From positions 56,091-85,543 of the forward strand of contig JAURAC010000009.1 of assembly GCA_030586555.1 (NCBI GenBank): a stretch of DNA of 29,453 nt, in the 5' to 3' direction. A model generated the notes under the pieces. It was not told the DNA's origin. It saw only the letters and a list, made by a program, of their open reading frames with translations, and did no database searches. Shown piece by piece: positions 26,745 through 29,453 of this stretch. The stretch comes from Candidatus Subterrananammoxibius californiae (GTDB taxonomy: Bacteria; Planctomycetota; Brocadiia; Brocadiales; Subterrananammoxibiaceae). The position numbers and the translations under genes were made by a program. The stretch's first letter is position 1. Every line of letters starts with the position of its first letter.

Positions 26745-26768
26745 GGGCGATTCATGAATCGCCCCTAT
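26741..26768. repeat. GTAG-type REP providing the TAG stop of the response regulator
   Basis: GTAGGGGCGATTCATGAATCGCCCCTAT; compensatory A>G / T>C pair relative to the 24716 copy. Confidence 0.92.
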
Positions 26769-26836
26769 GTCTTGCTCAATCTTTGCTCCCGCAGTCGCAA
26801 TCCGCAATCCGAAATGACGAAAGTACGTCCTACAAT

Positions 26837-28036
26837 TTAATGTTGGGCTCCATGCTCGCCGACGATAAATTCTTCGGTATCATTGTAAGAATCTTTTCTG
26901 TAGCCAAACAATGAAAGGATGGTTCCCGTTGCAAGTCCTGCGACAAGTGCAATAAGAATGGTTATAAGGATACCCTTAATCTGGGTGCCCTTGCTAAGCC
27001 CTTGAACTATAAAGAGGGCTGCTATCCCTCCTAATAGGCCTGGCATACCGTGCAGGTTGTGAACGCCACAGGTATCAATACCCTTAATGAGTTTCTGAAG
27101 TCTTGGCTGGATTAGGGTATAGCCGATAACGCTTATTGCACCACCAAGTAAGCCTATGATGACGGCGCTCTTGTGTGTTGCATGGGCGCATGTAGAACCA
27201 ATAGCCACGCCACCGGCTAATGCTGCGTTTGCCATGTCTGCAATCTCAATTTTCTTTCTAATCAAAGCAGATAACAAATATGTTGATATGGTTGCGCCAC
27301 ATAATGAAACCACAGTGTTTACGGCAGCATGAGGTACCGCGGAGGGTTCGAGTATGCCGGCGCAAAATGATGGCCAGAATAACCACAAAACTGCACTGCC
27401 GAGCATAGAAAACAGGTTGCTTGTCTTGTCAGATTCAATAGTTTTGCCGAAATCCTCTTTTGTTGTCATGCGCACGATGACGCCCAAGCCAAAATAAGCG
27501 CCGAACGCATGTATCATTACTGAGCCGCCTGTATCAACGAAGGCACCTTTTGCTATAAAGCCAAGTCCACCTTCCGACAAAATCCATTCATTAAGCATGT
27601 AGCATGGGATAAAAAGCAAGCCAAGCAGAAAATGTTGTTTCATCTTTAATCTGCCCAACGGAGCGCCGACACAAATAAGCAGACTTGCAGCGGCAAATTC
27701 TGCAAATAACAACGTGCCCGACTGCGTCTCCATAGGACCGCCAAAATAGCCTTTTCCTTTTAGAAATATATAGAGTGGTAATGCGATACTGACCAATATA
27801 TAGGTAGCTGTGATTGCACTATAGCCGTATTTCCTCACAAAGACCATCAAAAAACCGAAACCGACCATCAACATTGCCATGACATGGATAGCCCGCTCGT
27901 ATACTTGTACCGAAGCCAGTTGGTCAGTTATGGCTTCACTTCCCTGGTTTGCAAATGCAGCGGCTGAAAATAAAAATGATATTAAAATAATCAACGCAAA
28001 GGCGCCAATCCTTTTAACAGAAATGTTTCTCCGCAT
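26837..28036 (-). CDS. Ammonium transporter, Rhesus (Rh50) type
   Basis: HVMAMLMVGFGFLMVF, DTGGSVMIHAFGAYFGLG, LWLFWPSF, NAALAGGVAIG, DTCGVHNLHGMPGLLGG; AAGGAG RBS. Confidence 0.93.
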   Translation of the reverse strand: MRRNISVKRIGAFALIILISFLFSAAAFANQGSEAITDQLASVQVYERAIHVMAMLMVGFGFLMVFVRKYGYSAITATYILVSIALPLYIFLKGKGYFGGPMETQSGTLLFAEFAAASLLICVGAPLGRLKMKQHFLLGLLFIPCYMLNEWILSEGGLGFIAKGAFVDTGGSVMIHAFGAYFGLGVIVRMTTKEDFGKTIESDKTSNLFSMLGSAVLWLFWPSFCAGILEPSAVPHAAVNTVVSLCGATISTYLLSALIRKKIEIADMANAALAGGVAIGSTCAHATHKSAVIIGLLGGAISVIGYTLIQPRLQKLIKGIDTCGVHNLHGMPGLLGGIAALFIVQGLSKGTQIKGILITILIALVAGLATGTILSLFGYRKDSYNDTEEFIVGEHGAQH

Positions 28037-28072
28037 GACAATCTCCTTTTTTGAAAAGTGCTTTCCAAATCT

Positions 28073-28096
28073 GGGTTTGATAAATCAAACCCCTGC
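28073..28096. repeat. Degenerate GTAG-type REP in the Rh50 leader
   Basis: Minus strand GCAGGGGTTTGATTTATCAAACCC. Confidence 0.7.
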
Positions 28097-28427
28097 TACG
28101 GGCTCAGCTTGTTAAAACCAGAGTTTTAGATTCTTTCCGTTTGGCTTTGTTCTTTTGAAATCCCCCCCCGAAACTTGGTTTCAGCCTCGAATTGATTTTT
28201 CTTGTTTTCTCGACCTCCTTTTTTTGTCACAGGATATTTTAGAAGTAAGGAAACATTTTCCGCTTTGCTCAAGGACAAGGTTTAATTTGGGCATTATTCT
28301 ACAATTTAAAACTAAAACCGTCAACAAAATAATTCGAAAAGGATTTAGGTTTGAAAATTGACTATTATGTGCTATATTATTTGACCTTACTGTTGAATAC
28401 TTTCTGAAAGTTAATGATATATCGGAC

Positions 28428-28916
28428 ATGAATGGGAAAAAACACATAAAGACCGTATTTTTTTTATTTATAGTTTTTTTACCACTTTTAATAAGCACCT
28501 GCTATTCACCCCCGAGAAATCAATTCGTAGAAAAAGAGGTAGTTGTAAATATCTCTTTTGGTGTTGCACGGGAGGCTGTGGTCGAGGCAATGACTGAAAA
28601 GAATATACTTTTTAAGGCGAAGGAAACCCCTACAACCGTTACCGTCTCTGGTAATCTTCTTGTGGACGTGGCGCAATATGCTGATTGCGGAAAGTATTAT
28701 GGGAAAAGGATTACTGGATATGCAGATATGGATTTCGTTATCCTTGTACAAAGGATAAATAGGGACAAGTCGGGTATTCAAATCATCAGTACAGTTACCA
28801 TAACGGAGTCCGATATTATGCTATTGAAGGAAAGAAGATTACCATGTATTTCAAATGGGCGCATGGAGGAGGAATTGCTGGACGCCGTAATGCAAAAAGT
28901 ACGTGAGAGGGAATAA
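28428..28916 (+). CDS. Hypothetical exported protein / lipoprotein
   Basis: Basic-hydrophobic N-terminus ending LISTC; YADCG...CISNGRME cysteine pair. Confidence 0.7.
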   Translation: MNGKKHIKTVFFLFIVFLPLLISTCYSPPRNQFVEKEVVVNISFGVAREAVVEAMTEKNILFKAKETPTTVTVSGNLLVDVAQYADCGKYYGKRITGYADMDFVILVQRINRDKSGIQIISTVTITESDIMLLKERRLPCISNGRMEEELLDAVMQKVRERE

Positions 28917-28953
28917 TGCAAATTAGGGGGGGATGGGTTTATATTCATTTATC

Positions 28954-29453
28954 TTAAGTAGAGAATATTTCAGCAAGGTTAATAGTAAGACCCTTTAATA
29001 GCTCAGATGAAAATTTGTCATCTTTTTCATACTCTGCGACCTTCTTATAACCCTCTTTGGTAGGTCTGTAAACCTCTAAGGTATCCACCACAGGGTCTAT
29101 TATCCAGTACTCCTTCACTCCAAATTTCTCGTACAGCCTGCGTTTAATAACCTTATCCGTCTTTCTTGTTCCTTCAGAAATAATTTCTATAATAAGGTCA
29201 GGAGCCCCTTGAACATTGCTTTCTGTAATTATGTGTTTGTTTTTATTGGAGATAAATATAATGTCAGGCTGCACAACGTCTATATCCGAAAAAACTATAT
29301 CGCATGGGGCGTCAAAGACCTCCCCCAACTTATTCTTTTCAACAAAAATCCTTAAAATAGTTTGTAACTTACCAGAAATCCTTTGGTGTTTTGTTGACGG
29401 TGCAGGGGTCATGTAATGTTCTCCATCAATAAGTTCATGCCTCTTGCCATTTT
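28954..29453 (-). CDS. Uma2-family (PD-(D/E)xK-like) endonuclease, 5'-partial
   Basis: Frame open to window edge (NGKRHELIDGEHYMTPAP); VVQPDI, GAPDLIIEIIS, YEKFGVKEYWIIDP. Confidence 0.93.
   Translation of the reverse strand, partial: NGKRHELIDGEHYMTPAPSTKHQRISGKLQTILRIFVEKNKLGEVFDAPCDIVFSDIDVVQPDIIFISNKNKHIITESNVQGAPDLIIEIISEGTRKTDKVIKRRLYEKFGVKEYWIIDPVVDTLEVYRPTKEGYKKVAEYEKDDKFSSELLKGLTINLAEIFST

Noticed and set aside
1427..28096. CRISPR array suggested by identical 28-nt palindromes
   Set aside because: Copies are kilobases apart with no regular spacers and no cas genes; they behave as dispersed REPs.
290..29416. Numerous short antisense or alternate-frame ORFs in the track
   Set aside because: Overlap confidently assigned genes and have no recognisable motifs.

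Overview
Core chromosomal window, most likely from an anammox-related planctomycete (Ca. Brocadiia). This assignment is an inference from an octaheme HAO-family cytochrome, an Rh50-type ammonium channel and the gene context. The left part holds the 3' part of uvrA, a small ORF, and a minus-strand block of bacterioferritin-like protein, HAO-like octaheme, lipoprotein, MaoC-like protein and amidase. Next come thpR-recA-alaS and a ~1.5 kb islet bracketed by a 75-bp duplication of the alaS 3' end; it carries a C2H2 zinc-finger ORF, an attC-like site and a ParE/RelE TA pair. These are followed by comEC, tRNA-Arg(CCG), a PIN pseudogene, vapBC and trpS. The right part holds a PPi-type pfk, an exported protein, a porin, an FAD oxidoreductase, three two-component genes, Rh50, a lipoprotein and a partial Uma2 gene. 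The most striking signal is a dense set of at least 7 short palindromic (REP/RPE-like) families. They insert into one another and in frame into proteins (five inserts in comEC alone) and supply several stop codons. The tRNA-Arg has a compensatory A19:U56 replacement of the near-universal G19:C56 elbow pair. All calls are by eye; no searches were run.
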